A stretch of 63,500 bases of DNA, counting the filler, from Octopus bimaculoides (taxonomy: Eukaryota): the NCBI RefSeq assembly GCF_001194135.2. It is 11 parts of 7 records of this genome, joined end to end, with 100 filler letters (N's around TTAATTAATTAA, not from the genome) between each part and the next. Parts side by side here need not be neighbours in the genome. Positions count along the whole stretch, not along the records: positions 44,869 to 51,700 come from NC_068985.1; positions 51,801 to 58,572 come from NC_068987.1; positions 58,673 to 61,765 come from NC_068991.1; positions 61,866 to 63,500 come from NC_068981.1; 7 more parts are not named here. One strand, written 5' to 3'. A model generated the notes under the pieces. The model was given only the letters and a program-made list of their open reading frames with translations, searched no databases and was not told where the DNA came from. Shown piece by piece: positions 50,920 through 63,500 of this stretch. The translations under genes were made by a program, and so were the position numbers. Every line of letters starts with the position of its first letter. The stretch's first letter is position 1.

Positions 50920-51130
50920 TCTATATATATAAAGATGAGAATGCGTGTCTGCCTGTCTGTCTGTCTGTGTGAATCCCTAAGACTTAAGAACAACACAACC
51001 AATTTCATTCAAATTTTATACATGCTTTATTTAGGGCCCATGTAGTGTAGTTAGTGTAATGTCACATATTTTCACTTCCGTATGGTTTATTTGAATGTTT
51101 CCTGTATATAAAAACATTAGGGGACAGATA
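50920..51130 (+). mobile_element. Non-autonomous Helitron-like 5' portion
   Basis: A|TCTATATATATAAA start, (GTCT)n and ACCAATTTCATTCAAATTTTATACATG, typical of Helitron-N elements. Confidence 0.5.
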
Positions 51131-51179
51131 TAAATTATGGCCTTGCAGATCTGTTTTACTTCTCTCAGTACTTTTTCTT

Positions 51180-51415
51180 TTGCTGGCACCACGTAAAAAG
51201 TGTTTGTGCCAGTGACGTATAAAAGGCACTGGTGCTGGTGCCACATTGAAAGCGTCCAGTACGTTCTGTAAAATGGTTGGTGTTAGGAAGGGCATCTAGC
51301 CCCATGGGAACCTTGTCAAAACGGACAGTTGGAGCTTCCAGTCAAACCATCCAACCCATGCCAGCATGGAAAACGGACAGTAAATGATGTTGATGATGAT
51401 GATGATGATAATGAC
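51180..51415 (+). mobile_element. SINE/RTE-like 3' tail family with a (GAT)n tail
   Basis: GGTTGGTGTTAGGAAGGGCATC...AACCCATGCCAGCATGGAAAACGGAC followed by (GAT)n. Confidence 0.7.
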
Positions 51416-51660
51416 GACAACGACGATGGTGGTGGTGTGTGGGGGGTGATAATGATGACGACGACGATGATGATGATGATTTATATGTATATACTTCGCT
51501 AAAGAATGAAAGAACAGCACTTGAGACCTTTGCAGGTTCTCTTATAGATGACATTGACTCCCTTGAAGTGTGTGTGGGGGGGAGGTTTTAAAAATACATA
51601 CATATGCACACACACACACACACACAGACAAACACACACACACACACATACATACACCTG

Positions 51661-51700
<40 letters not shown>

Positions 51701-52300
51701 NNNNNNNNNNNNNNNNNNNNNNNNNNNNNNNNNNNNNNNNNNNNTTAATTAATTAANNNNNNNNNNNNNNNNNNNNNNNNNNNNNNNNNNNNNNNNNNNN
51801 ACATACATATATTCATACATACATTCATGCATACAAACATTCATACATATATATCTATAGAAAGAGAAAGAGAGAGAGAAATTCATGCATATAGACATAC
51901 CTTTATACACATATATATGTACACGCATAATGTATACGTATATATATATGTCTATGTATGCATGCATATATGTATGTTTGTATGTGTGCATGTATGTATG
52001 TGTGCATGTGTGTATGTATGTAGGTATGTGTGCATGTGTGTATGTATGTATGTATGTATGTATGTATGTATGTATGCATGTATATTTCTTGTATTTGTGT
52101 ATATTTCTTGAAGTTATGCTGTAGCACGGCCGTGATTTTGTACCTTTGTCAGAGTTTCCTTATTTGGTCTGTTTCTTCTGGGTTGTAGGATTTTTTCTTA
52201 TCCCAACTGCTGGATGTGTTTTAATTCTTGTTGTTGGCCCATTTAGTAGATGAGGAAGCTTGACATTGCTGTCCTCATCTACCACATGAGAGAGAGAGAG

Positions 52301-52379
<79 letters not shown>

Positions 52380-52513
52380 NNNNNNNNNNNNNNNNNNNNN
52401 NNNNNNNNNNNNNNNNNNNNNNNNNNNNNNNNNNNNNNNNNNNNNNNNNNNNNNNNNNNNNNNNNNNNNNNNNNNNNNNNNNNNNNNNNNNNNNNNNNNN
52501 NNNNNNNNNNNNN

Positions 52514-52555
<42 letters not shown>

Positions 52556-52719
52556 TTTATTTCGAGTAATAATTTCAGTGGAATACCGTTAATTCAAATT
52601 CGATAGATGATTAGGTTTTTTAATTCATTAATTTTCATGTTTGTCTGCAATAAACTCATATATGGTTCCTCCATTGGAGTTTACCAGAAATTTTACTTAG
52701 GAGCTTGCTTTTCTTTAAT

Positions 52720-52935
52720 ATGAAATTTGATGTTTCAAAGTATACTTCCGTTCTTTTGATTGAATAAGTTGGAATTCGTTATTAATATCTAAATTACTTC
52801 TAAAATCTACAGCCTGTCTTTTCTCTTTTGTTGTTTTTGTATGATGTGTCGCACTCTTTACAATTTCAAATTTGTACCTCTTCACTTTAAATTCCATATG
52901 TATTCTACTAGTGGTATCGTATTGCCAAAGAGTGT
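52720..52935 (-). pseudogene. Degenerate PLE (Naiad-like) endonuclease C-terminus
   Basis: NTIPLVEYIWNLK*RGTNLKL*...RL*ILEVI*ILITNSNLFNQK aligns by eye to the YIWELK...LC..EK..IL...LNKR end of the 41460-42368 ORF. Confidence 0.55.
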
Positions 52936-55105
52936 TAGCAGATATGTATTTGGGCGTATCATAGCAACTCGTGATATATTTTGTTTTAATGGAAATAATA
53001 GAATACCTAATGTTAGCTTGGATAATTGTGAGCATTTATACTTCACCTTCTTAGGCACTATTCTTCAAAACACTGATCTACAGTTATATGTGTTTGGGTT
53101 AATCATGCGACTCTTAGAAAACCGTTTTTGTTCTTGATGTATTTTATGTCTCAGTGGTGTCACGTTGATATGCGGCTCATAAAACTGTTAATACTGAAAT
53201 CAAAACACAGCACTGATTTTAAACATTTTCTTGAGAAGAATTGAAATAAATGACTATGAACCAAGAGTTTCTTCAAAATTCGTGTGCGTGTTAGTCTGTA
53301 TGTATATAGGTACGTGAATATTCCATTATATATGTACACGAATATCAAAGTGTACACACACAAAAACACACACACACGCACAAACACACACATATACATT
53401 TATATTAATCTATATGTATATATGTATGCATGTATATATATATTCATATTGATACATATATGGATATATATATATATATAAAGTGTAGTATGTTGCCACT
53501 TAAGTGTGGCTGATCCCTAGGGGTGGATGTTACTGTTGCTTTTAGCCCCAGGAGGACATCTCCTCCAGCTGGCTTATCGACACACTACTGTGTCCTGTTT
53601 GCTATACTACACTTTATCGTGCAGTTACTGTTAATACTTCATTTAGAGAATTAACATTGCTTATATATATATATATATATATATATTTATACATACATGC
53701 TTATACACACATATGCACACACACACACACAAACACACAAGCACACTACACATGTACATATTAACGTGTAGGCTAGTGTTTGATGCTAGAGAGGGAAGAT
53801 ACGGTCCCTCTGTTTGTGCCCTTCGGGTTAAAAGTAGAATGTCTGTATAGCCTGCGGCGCTCTCATCAGTATTTGCGATTCCTGATATGACCAGCAGATC
53901 TAATATCATATTGCAGCTCAATGCAAATCTTAATATCATTTATACATTTGCATATCTTGCTCTGTTTTTGCATAGGATTCCCTCAGCATTCATTTAATGA
54001 ACCATATCCTAGGGGCCTAACTTAACTTTTGCTGCATAACCCTATTTAAGGATCGTTTCTAAGTAAGTCTCTCTTTTACTATAAAGCAGTGATATCCCTA
54101 TAGGTGACGCCATGTGGTTGATCTCACCGCTGACCACCTGTCTAACCGTTTAACGCATTTGATGTAAGGAGAGCTCCTAGATATTTAAAATTATTGACTT
54201 ATTTCAAATGTTGGTTCATAAATTCTTATTTTGGAAATTAGTGGATATTTTAAATTGTTTTTCCTTCCTTTTTGTTTCACCGTTAAGATTAGACTAATCA
54301 GTTCATTCGTATCACGAATAATATAATGTGCTTTTCGCCTCACTGAAATTAAATCGGCGTTACTAGAAAACGACAAAACATTAGCTGACAACAGGCTCAG
54401 TTTAATGGAAAAAATATAAACATACTCTTGAAGTCGACCGTGAAGCAGAAAGAATCTATGGAAGTTAGTGAGAGAAGACTCTCAGTGGTCTCACTACATA
54501 GTTTATGAAGAGTGGCCTAATAATGATAAAGTTGGATGTGAAGTTGAAGTGTATGAACGTTGATGGCACATAAGCAAGATGTATTGTTTCTGGCTAGTTG
54601 TAATAATTAGATGATGATGGCTTTCCCCCGTCTATCCTGGTTCTAAATGTTATAAAAACAACTTAATTTTCATAAGTTGTTTACTATCAACACTCAGATT
54701 GCTAGCTAGTTTTGAAATCATTTAAGAGTTAAAGAATTTCAAGAATAAAGTTAATGTATTCCTTTTGATGATAAGTAGTAATGAACGAAAACTATTTTTT
54801 ACTCTAATTTCATGCTGTTTTCACATTTATTATACTTAAGTTAGTTCTAAGATATTTATATAATTAAATTCTAACAAAAAGTTCTCTTCGTATACAACAC
54901 GTATTCTAGCAGAGTTTATTAGATGTCTAGTTGCTCTGAATAGTAGAAAACAATTCCATTTCTTAGAAAAACAAAAACTTAGGTGAAATCCAACCGAATT
55001 CTTGCCAAATTTTATACTCTTATTATTGAGAGTAAATTTGTAGTGTACTCTGAGAGATCTGAGAATTGCATGTTGCTGGAAACGTACTGGATAACCATTT
55101 CAACT

Positions 55106-55153
<48 letters not shown>

Positions 55154-55432
55154 TGTACATTTAAACACAAAAGAGGCGACCCTTAACAAGCAGCCTTACA
55201 TGATAGAAGGAGCAATCAAAACGTCCAAAACCACATTTCAGAGCAATTTCGAAGGGAATGAAAAATAAAGACTTTTACCTTATATATAACCTTTGAGAAG
55301 AACTTGGCAGTTATGCTCTATTAACATGAATATACTTACATTACGTTCAATTTATAGGTATTTTTAAGCATTGACATCACTGATCATTTCACTGGATAAT
55401 ATACAGACACACACAGACACAGACACACACAC

Positions 55433-55479
<47 letters not shown>

Positions 55480-56211
55480 TATATATATGTGTGTGCGTTT
55501 TTGTGTAGGCATACATAAACGTATAATTTTCTTCTTTCTTTTAGCCGGAAGTTTTCTACAAATTTCCTCATCTTAAACAATTTCCACACCCTTTACATTC
55601 TTTTCCTCCCAATTCCTCAATTTCGGTCATTCCCCCAACGTATCTCCATATTAATGCGTCTTTACAATTCCTCATTTCTCATTTTTCCGTTAGACACTGC
55701 TTCCTCCATGCCAATATCCAGACAGGTAGAGACAGGGAGAGAAAGAAAGAGAGGTGTGTAAGAGAGAGGGNNNNNNNNNNNNNNNNNNNNNNNNNNNNNN
55801 NNNNNNNNNNNNNNNNNNNNNNNNNNNNNNNNNNNNNNNNNNNNNNNNNNNNNNNNNNNNNNNNNNNNNNNNNNNNNNNNNNNNNNNNNNNNNNNNNNNN
55901 NNNNNNNNNNNNNNNNNNNNNNNNNNNNNNNNNNNNNNNNNNNNNNNNNNNNNNNNNNNNNNNNNNNNNNNNNNNNNNNNNNNNNNNNNNNNNNNNNNNN
56001 NNNNNNNNNNNNNNNNNNNNNNNNNNNNNNNNNNNNNNNNNNNNNNNNNNNNNNNNNNNNNNNNNNNNNNNNNNNNNNNNNNNNNNNNNNNNNNNNNNNN
56101 NNNNNNNNNNNNNNNNNNNNNNNNNNNNNNNNNNNNNNNNNNNNNNNNNNNNNNNNNNNNNNNNNNNNNNNNNNNNNNNNNNNNNNNNNNNNNNNNNNNN
56201 NNNNNNNNNNN

Positions 56212-56244
<33 letters not shown>

Positions 56245-57036
56245 ATGCTCGGAAAGCAGTTTATATTGTGACTGATATACTCTTCTGCTGTTTCTATTGA
56301 TTTCCCTTTCTTTTTTTGTTGTTGTTGGTAATTACCTTTCTTCTCTCGATTTATTGCACTACTAATTATAAATGGGTGGGTTGACAGTGTTATTTTCGTC
56401 CGCACATTCTTTTTCTCGTCACACTTCTTGTCAGACCGTTAATTGCTTCATAATTTTAAAGGTATCAATCAAAGTATATAGCTTCATAAGGACATTCAAA
56501 ATAAATATAACCGTAAATTTATGTTTGTGTGTAAGTATGTAAAAGACACAATTTCACACCCATACACACCAGCAAACACACATATATAAATATTTGTGTG
56601 TTTGTGTTTACGTACATGTCGGTGTGTTTCTGAGCGTATACACGTTACAAAAAGTAATATTAAACGCTGCTCTATTTGATCTAAAACATGATCTTCCAGT
56701 GCCTCTTGCGGGATATTGTAGACTGCAAAGGCATGTATTAACATACATACATAGATACATGCAATACAATACCAATCTTGACAACCGATGCTGGTGTGTT
56801 TACTTCCCCGTAACGTAGCGATTCGGCAATAGATTAAGTACTAGGATTAAAAAGAATAAGTCATGGGGTGATTTGCTCATCTAAACGTGGTGCTCCAGCA
56901 TGGCCGCAGTCAAATGACTGCAACAAGTAAAAGAATAAAGGGATATATATATATATATATATGATGTAAGTATAAAATATATATATGTGTGTGTATGCAT
57001 GTATGTATGTATGTATGTAGATACACATACACATAC

Positions 57037-57080
<44 letters not shown>

Positions 57081-58479
57081 ATGTATATATGCATGTATGT
57101 ATGTATGTATGTATGTATGTATGTATGTATGTATGTATATGTGTACATGTAATAATTTCATGNNNNNNNNNNTTTCATGCTAGTTGTATGGACGCTTTCT
57201 GTAGTATTTACGTAATGGCAATGCAGAGCTGAATACATGCTTATTATTAACCTACTTCCGTATTTCGGTAGAAATATGAAAGGTTCTGGGATAATTTTCC
57301 CGCTCATTAGCAGACGGACTCGTATAATTAGCTAAGATTATGAGATAATATATCCAATTAGAGTATATGTGTAGTAATAAATCTTTAAATTCCATCTTTA
57401 AACTTGTTTTGAATATTTTACTTACTTAATGTTTTATTGATTCCTATATAACTGAGAACACCCTGTTATTCTGTTGTGTCTGGGGACAGTCATTCTTTTT
57501 TAGTGCTTTATAATTTAATACACTCACCGCTAAAATTTCCACTTATTTCTTTTTTATCTTTCTAAAATTTTCGTTGCATCTTGCAACCTCTTCAATAGCT
57601 TTGACTGTCTTTAACTCACACAACATTCCTTTCTGTTTGTTTGAGCGCATGGGTGTGGATCAGTGTGTGTGTGTGTGTGTGTGTGTGTGCCTATACATGC
57701 ATACATGTATGTATGTAACCATGTGTGTGAATGCATGTATATGTGTATGTGCATATGTATGTATTTATGTGGGTATGTTTGTAAATGTGTGTATGTTTGT
57801 ATATGTGTGTGTACTTCTGTCTCCTTGTGTGTATGTGTGTGTGTGTTTTGCAACTGTGTACCGTGCTTGTATGTATGGATATGCATCTCCATATGTGTAG
57901 ACGTGTGTCTCTATATTTGTCCTTGTGTGAAGTAAAGTGTGTATGTATATATGGTCATGTGTTTCAGTCTACATTTGCGTATGTGTGCTTGTCTGTTCAT
58001 ATAATCTATGTAACTATCCGTGTGTATGTTGATCTGTTTACTTTTATATCCATATGCTTACATACATGTGGATGTACATATATATATTCAAAAACCTCCC
58101 CAAGCACCCACCCACACATACATACATTCAGTTATTTAATAATCATCTTTCGATAAAGATTACGTAAGACACAAATGGGGTAATTTCACTATCAATATTC
58201 AGTAAATAAAATCATTTAAAATCTTCTTAAGTTGAATCCTTTATGAATTTTATGTTTCACGTTATCATATTACTTGAAAATATGTGTATAAAGAAACAGA
58301 TTCATTTGAGTTAGAGAGACTAATTAGTAAATCATTTAATTTTAATATTTTACATAATTTATATTTACTTAAATTGAACAGCTGGATATAAGTATTTTTA
58401 ATATCTAGATATAAGTACTTTGAAAATAAACATTTTCTTTCTACATTTCTGAATTTATTTAGTCAATAATTTGTAAATA

Positions 58480-58572
<93 letters not shown>

Positions 58573-58672
58573 NNNNNNNNNNNNNNNNNNNNNNNNNNNN
58601 NNNNNNNNNNNNNNNNTTAATTAATTAANNNNNNNNNNNNNNNNNNNNNNNNNNNNNNNNNNNNNNNNNNNN

Positions 58673-58704
<32 letters not shown>

Positions 58705-58809
58705 TGCACATATACTTACATAAATATACACCTACTCATATATATACATGCACTCACACATACACACACACACGCACGCACGCACTAATAAAGCCATTCT
58801 TGTGTCATA

Positions 58810-58975
58810 TAGACTCATACAGCCGGTTTCTGTGGCGTATGTATACTCCTCGTGGACGGGACGCCAGTCTGTCGCAGGATTACTCGCTTTTGCCAACTGA
58901 GTGAACAGGAGCAAAGTGCAATGGATTGCTTTGCTCAAGAACGCAACACATCGCCCGGATTCAGTCATTAAATTG
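58810..58975 (-). mobile_element. CORE/Deu-like SINE copy (family D-related)
   Basis: GGGACGCCAGTC...CAACTGAGTGAACAGGAGCAA...TTGCTCAAGAACGCAACAC. Confidence 0.6.
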
Positions 58976-59143
58976 CAGCCGAAGTGGGGCACCTATTCAG
59001 TGGAATGAATTGAACCCATTTCGTCTTTGCTTGTGTTTTTTTTTAAGAGGACTGAACCCGAATCCATGTCGTTGGGAAGGAAGGTTCTTACAATACGGCC
59101 ACGCCCGCACCTATACATGTATGTATACAGACACACACACACA

Positions 59144-59199
<56 letters not shown>

Positions 59200-59258
59200 T
59201 AGGTAGATAGATAGATAGACAGAAGGACAGACAGCCATACAGACACACAGACAGACAA

Positions 59259-59352
<94 letters not shown>

Positions 59353-61890
59353 TGATAGATAGATAGATAGATGGATAGATAGATAGATAGATAAGCAGAT
59401 AATAACTCTCCCGAGGATCCAACAGGGAGCATGTAACTCATGTTCTGTTTCCAGCATTCTTTATGACTTAACTTCATCACTGCTGATGATTGCTAATGTA
59501 ACACGAAACCATGGAGTTTCAAGGATTAGTCTCACATGTCTGCTCGCAATAAACTCTATATTTATGTAATTTTTTTCCACTCGTTCCAATCAGTGGACTG
59601 CTCCCATGCTCCAGCGCCACGTTAAATGATTTTAGTCGAACAATTTAGCACTTATTTTAAATCTGATACGTATTCTTTCGATCTCTGGAGACACCAGTTG
59701 TCAAGCATTGGTGGCGGACAAAACACACACATACACATATATACAGAAACAAACATACACAAACACACAACCACACTCTCTCTCACACACACACTCACAC
59801 ACACACACACGCAGATACACTCACATACATGTTTGGACGCGGTCTCCGTCTATCGACTTCTTTCTCTGAGGATTGGTCGATTCGGGAATATAGTAGAAAA
59901 CATTTGCCAAAGATTTCGCATTGTAGGACTCAACCCAAAATCACGTGATGGCAAAACGGGCATCTTAAGCACAATATCACGCAAACACACACAAAACGCG
60001 CGCGCGCGCGCATGGATGTTTATAGGTATGTTGAGAACAGTAAACAACGAACCGAAGGGAGAAAACAAAATGGGCGTAAGAGACGTATAACATTGAAATA
60101 TAAAAAGAGCTTGATGAAGAGTAAAGTATGGGAGATACAGGAGGAAAGACTCGAAAAAGAAAGAGAAAAACAAAGGGAGGTTTCGAGGAAAGGGTTCTGC
60201 TTCAAGGCGGCAAAAGTAATGCAAATTCTACATCGCCACCTTCAATTAATCAAAACTTGACGCCATCTTATCTATCGCTCTCCCTCCCTCTCTCTCCTCC
60301 ACTCTCTTTGTTTCCCTCCGTCTCTCTCTCTCTCCATCTCTCTCTCTCTCCATCTCTCTCTCTCTCTTATCTGTCTCTCTCTCTTTCAAACTATTTATTT
60401 TCCTCGTTCTCTTCCTCTCACCTTATTAACAAAGTTATCTTCTTTTTTTACCATCCACGCGATCAAAAAGGAAGGTGAAGCGAACAAAGGCGGTAATTTA
60501 TTTTTAGTTGTGGTATGTGTGTGTGTGTATGTACCATACACACAAACACACGCACGTACGCACACACAAACACACACATTTATATATATATATGCATATA
60601 TCTATCTATCTATCTCTATATATATATATATATATNNNNNNNNNNNNNNNNNNNNNNNNNNNNNNNNNNNNNNNNNNNNNNNNNNNNNNNNNNNNNNNNN
60701 NNNNNNNNNNNNNNNNNNNNNNNNNNNNNNNNNNNNNNNNNNNNNNNNNNNNNNNNNNNNNNNNNNNNNNNNNNNNNNNNNNNNNNNNNNNNNNNNNNNN
60801 NNNNNNNNNNNNNNNNNNNNNNNNNNNNNNNNNNNNNNNNNNNNNNNNNNNNNNNNNNNNNNNNNNNNNNNNNNNNNNNNNNNNNNNNNNNNNNNNNNNN
60901 NNNNNNNNNNNNNNNNNNNNNNNNNNNNNNNNNNNNNNNNNNNNNNNNNNNNNNNNNNNNNNNNNNNNNNNNNNNNNNNNNNNNNNNNNNNNNNNNNNNN
61001 NNNNNNNNNNNNNNNNNNNNNNNNNNNNNNNNNNNNNNNNNNNNNNNNNNNNNNNNNNNNNNNNNNNNNNNNNNNNNNNNNNNNNNNNNNNNNNNNNNNN
61101 NNNATATATATATATATATACACTTACGCACACGGAAATAAATAAATATGTATGTACATATATATATGTATATATGTATAACTTTAAACATACACACACA
61201 CACATACTTATATGTACATATATCTATACATATGTATACACACAGGCACACACAAATATACACACGCATATATATATATTTATATACATATATACACAAA
61301 CATAGAAGTGTACACTCACGCACATACACATATATTTATTTATTTATTCATGAGATCTTTTCTTTATTGTCTGCACAACTCGTGACGTTAGCTGGTCACG
61401 TGCTACTCTAATCCATTATGCGCGATCGGTTATTGTGTGCAGCCGTTCGTTCTGTACAGGAATCGATGAGATCTGTGCGTGTATGTGTGTGTGTGTGTGC
61501 ATCTGAGTATGCTGTGCGTATGTGAGTGTGTGTGTACGTATATGTGTGTGTGCGTGTATGCGTGTGTGCGTGTACGTGTGCGTGCGCGTGTGTGTATGTG
61601 TGTGTATGTATGTGTGTATGTGTGTGTGTATGTATATATATATGTATATATATATAGAGAGAGATAGATAGATAGATACACACATATATATGTACACACA
61701 CACATATATATATATATGTATGTATGTATGTATGCATGTAATTGTATATATATTCATGTATATAANNNNNNNNNNNNNNNNNNNNNNNNNNNNNNNNNNN
61801 NNNNNNNNNTTAATTAATTAANNNNNNNNNNNNNNNNNNNNNNNNNNNNNNNNNNNNNNNNNNNNATATATATATATATATATATATATA

Positions 61891-62270
61891 GGCGCAGGAG
61901 CGGCTGTGTGATAAGCAGCTTGCTTACCAACTACTCGGTTCAGTCCCACTGCGTGGCACCTTAGGCTGGTGTCTTCAACTATAGCCTCCGACCGACCAAA
62001 TCCTTGTGAGTGGATTTGGTAGTTGGAAATTGAAAGAATCCCATCGTATATATATATGAATATTTTTGTGTGTCTGTGTTTGTCCCCCACCACCACCATC
62101 GTTTCATGTTGGTGTGTTTACGTCCCGGCAACTTAGCGCTTCGGCAAAAGTAACCGATAGAATAAGTATCAGGCTTACAAATAATAAGTCCTGGGGTCTA
62201 TTTGTTGAACTAAAGGCGGTGCTCCAGCATGGCCGCAGTCAAGTGACTAAAACAAATAACAGAAAAGAAT
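61891..62270 (+). mobile_element. Full-length composite SINE (family B head + family C tail)
   Basis: GGCGCAGGAGCGGCTGTGTG...GAAAGAATCCCATCG...TAAAGGCGGTGCTCCAGCATGGCCGCAGTC. Confidence 0.85.
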
Positions 62271-62302
62271 ATATGTGTTTGTGTGTGTGTGTGTATGCAT
62301 GC

Positions 62303-62364
<62 letters not shown>

Positions 62365-62505
62365 GTGTGTATCTTTGTGTTGATTCCTCATCATCGCTTG
62401 GCAGCTGTTATTGGCTTGTTTACGCCCATGTAACTTAGCGGTTCGGCTCAAGAGACCGATAAAATAAATATCAGCCAGAAAATAAGTACTGAGATCTATT
62501 TGTAC

Positions 62506-62645
62506 CAGTGATCTGCAACCTTTTTTTCGCTTGCGGTACACTTATATGTTTCTCAAAATTCGGCGGCTCACTTGAACTAAAAGTATAACTGAAATTACAG
62601 GGAAAAAAAATTATATTCAGGTTACATACCCGTTGCGAGGCACAG
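62506..62645 (+). mobile_element. hAT-type MITE left end
   Basis: CAGTGATCTGCAACCTTTTT...GCGGTACAC resembles CAGTG-type hAT termini. Confidence 0.4.
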
Positions 62646-63240
62646 GACTAGACCCTTCAAGGCAGTGCTACCAACATGGCCGCTATCCAATGACTGAAAC
62701 AAGTAAATGATAAAATATGAAAGATCTAAGGCATGCATAACATGCAGGAGACACTTATCCTGATCTCCCAGAAAGAACTCCTGGGAGATCAGACACGGGG
62801 GGAACTCCGAGTAGCGACTCTACAACAGATCTTGCTTTTAAGTTAATAATGTTTATGCACTCTGTTTACCAATATTCAACACGTATATTTCGCTTAATTG
62901 CATATATCAGGTCAGAACGAAATTACCATTATCTTTCTCTCCCTCCGCCCCCTCTCTCTCTCTCACACACACACACACAAAAAATTGAAACCAATATTTA
63001 TACACACACACACAAGATTGTATGAGTTAAGAGAAAGAGAGGGTGGAGTGTGTGTGTGTGTGTGTATAAATATTGGTTTCACTTTATTTTTCTCTTTTTT
63101 TTCGAAGAGTTCAGTTAAACGAACGACAGCGCTATAAAGGATTATCCCAAATTCTGCTGTCTCCTTTTTCTCAATATAAGATACTGTATAGCACTTCAAA
63201 CACCAAACACGCACACACACACACACACACNNNNNNNNNN

Positions 63241-63275
<35 letters not shown>

Positions 63276-63500
63276 CACACACACACACATTACACACACA
63301 TGCATATGTCATACACACACACACACAAGGCAACGTAAGTGTCTCTATGCATGTTACAAACCTCTGGATTTACTCTCACTGCGTGGCACCTTGGGCAAGT
63401 GTTTTCTGCTATAGGCTCTTGTGAATGGATTTGGTTGACGGAAACTGAAAGAATCCCGTATTTCTTTATGCATATGTATATCTGTATATGTGTATATATA

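Noticed and set aside
54395-54508. Possible terminal exon AQFNGKNINILLKSTVKQKESMEVSERRLSVVSLHSL*
   Set aside because: No polypyrimidine tract at the acceptor and no recognisable homology.
60012-60260. 82-aa ATG ORF MDVYRYVENSKQ...
   Set aside because: Purine-rich low-complexity sequence, no splice or homology support.

Overview
AT-rich, microsatellite-saturated animal genomic DNA with no long intact host ORF. From recall (not a database search), the repeat families match an octopus/coleoid cephalopod genome. The window is a patchwork: ten 100-bp joins (44 N + TTAATTAATTAA + 44 N) split it into about 11 pieces, so order and orientation across those joins are unreliable. Most ORF-track entries are simple-repeat or N-gap artefacts. 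Recognisable content is mainly mobile DNA: several tRNA-type SINE families (many in arrays or dimers), Penelope-like retroelement (PLE, Naiad-like) remnants, R4/Dong-type LINE fragments next to (TAA)n, a mariner transposase fragment, mariner, piggyBac and hAT MITEs, Helitron-type ends, long foldback elements and a 38-bp minisatellite. The most interesting items are (i) a minus-strand element at 11.4-12.5 kb that encodes only a CCHC zinc-knuckle ORF1 and ends in an (ATT)n tail, with a 3' end resembling the tail of a dimeric SINE; (ii) a type I hammerhead ribozyme fold with one core substitution downstream of a PLE whose GIY-YIG core is deleted. A few weak host exon and promoter candidates are listed at low confidence.
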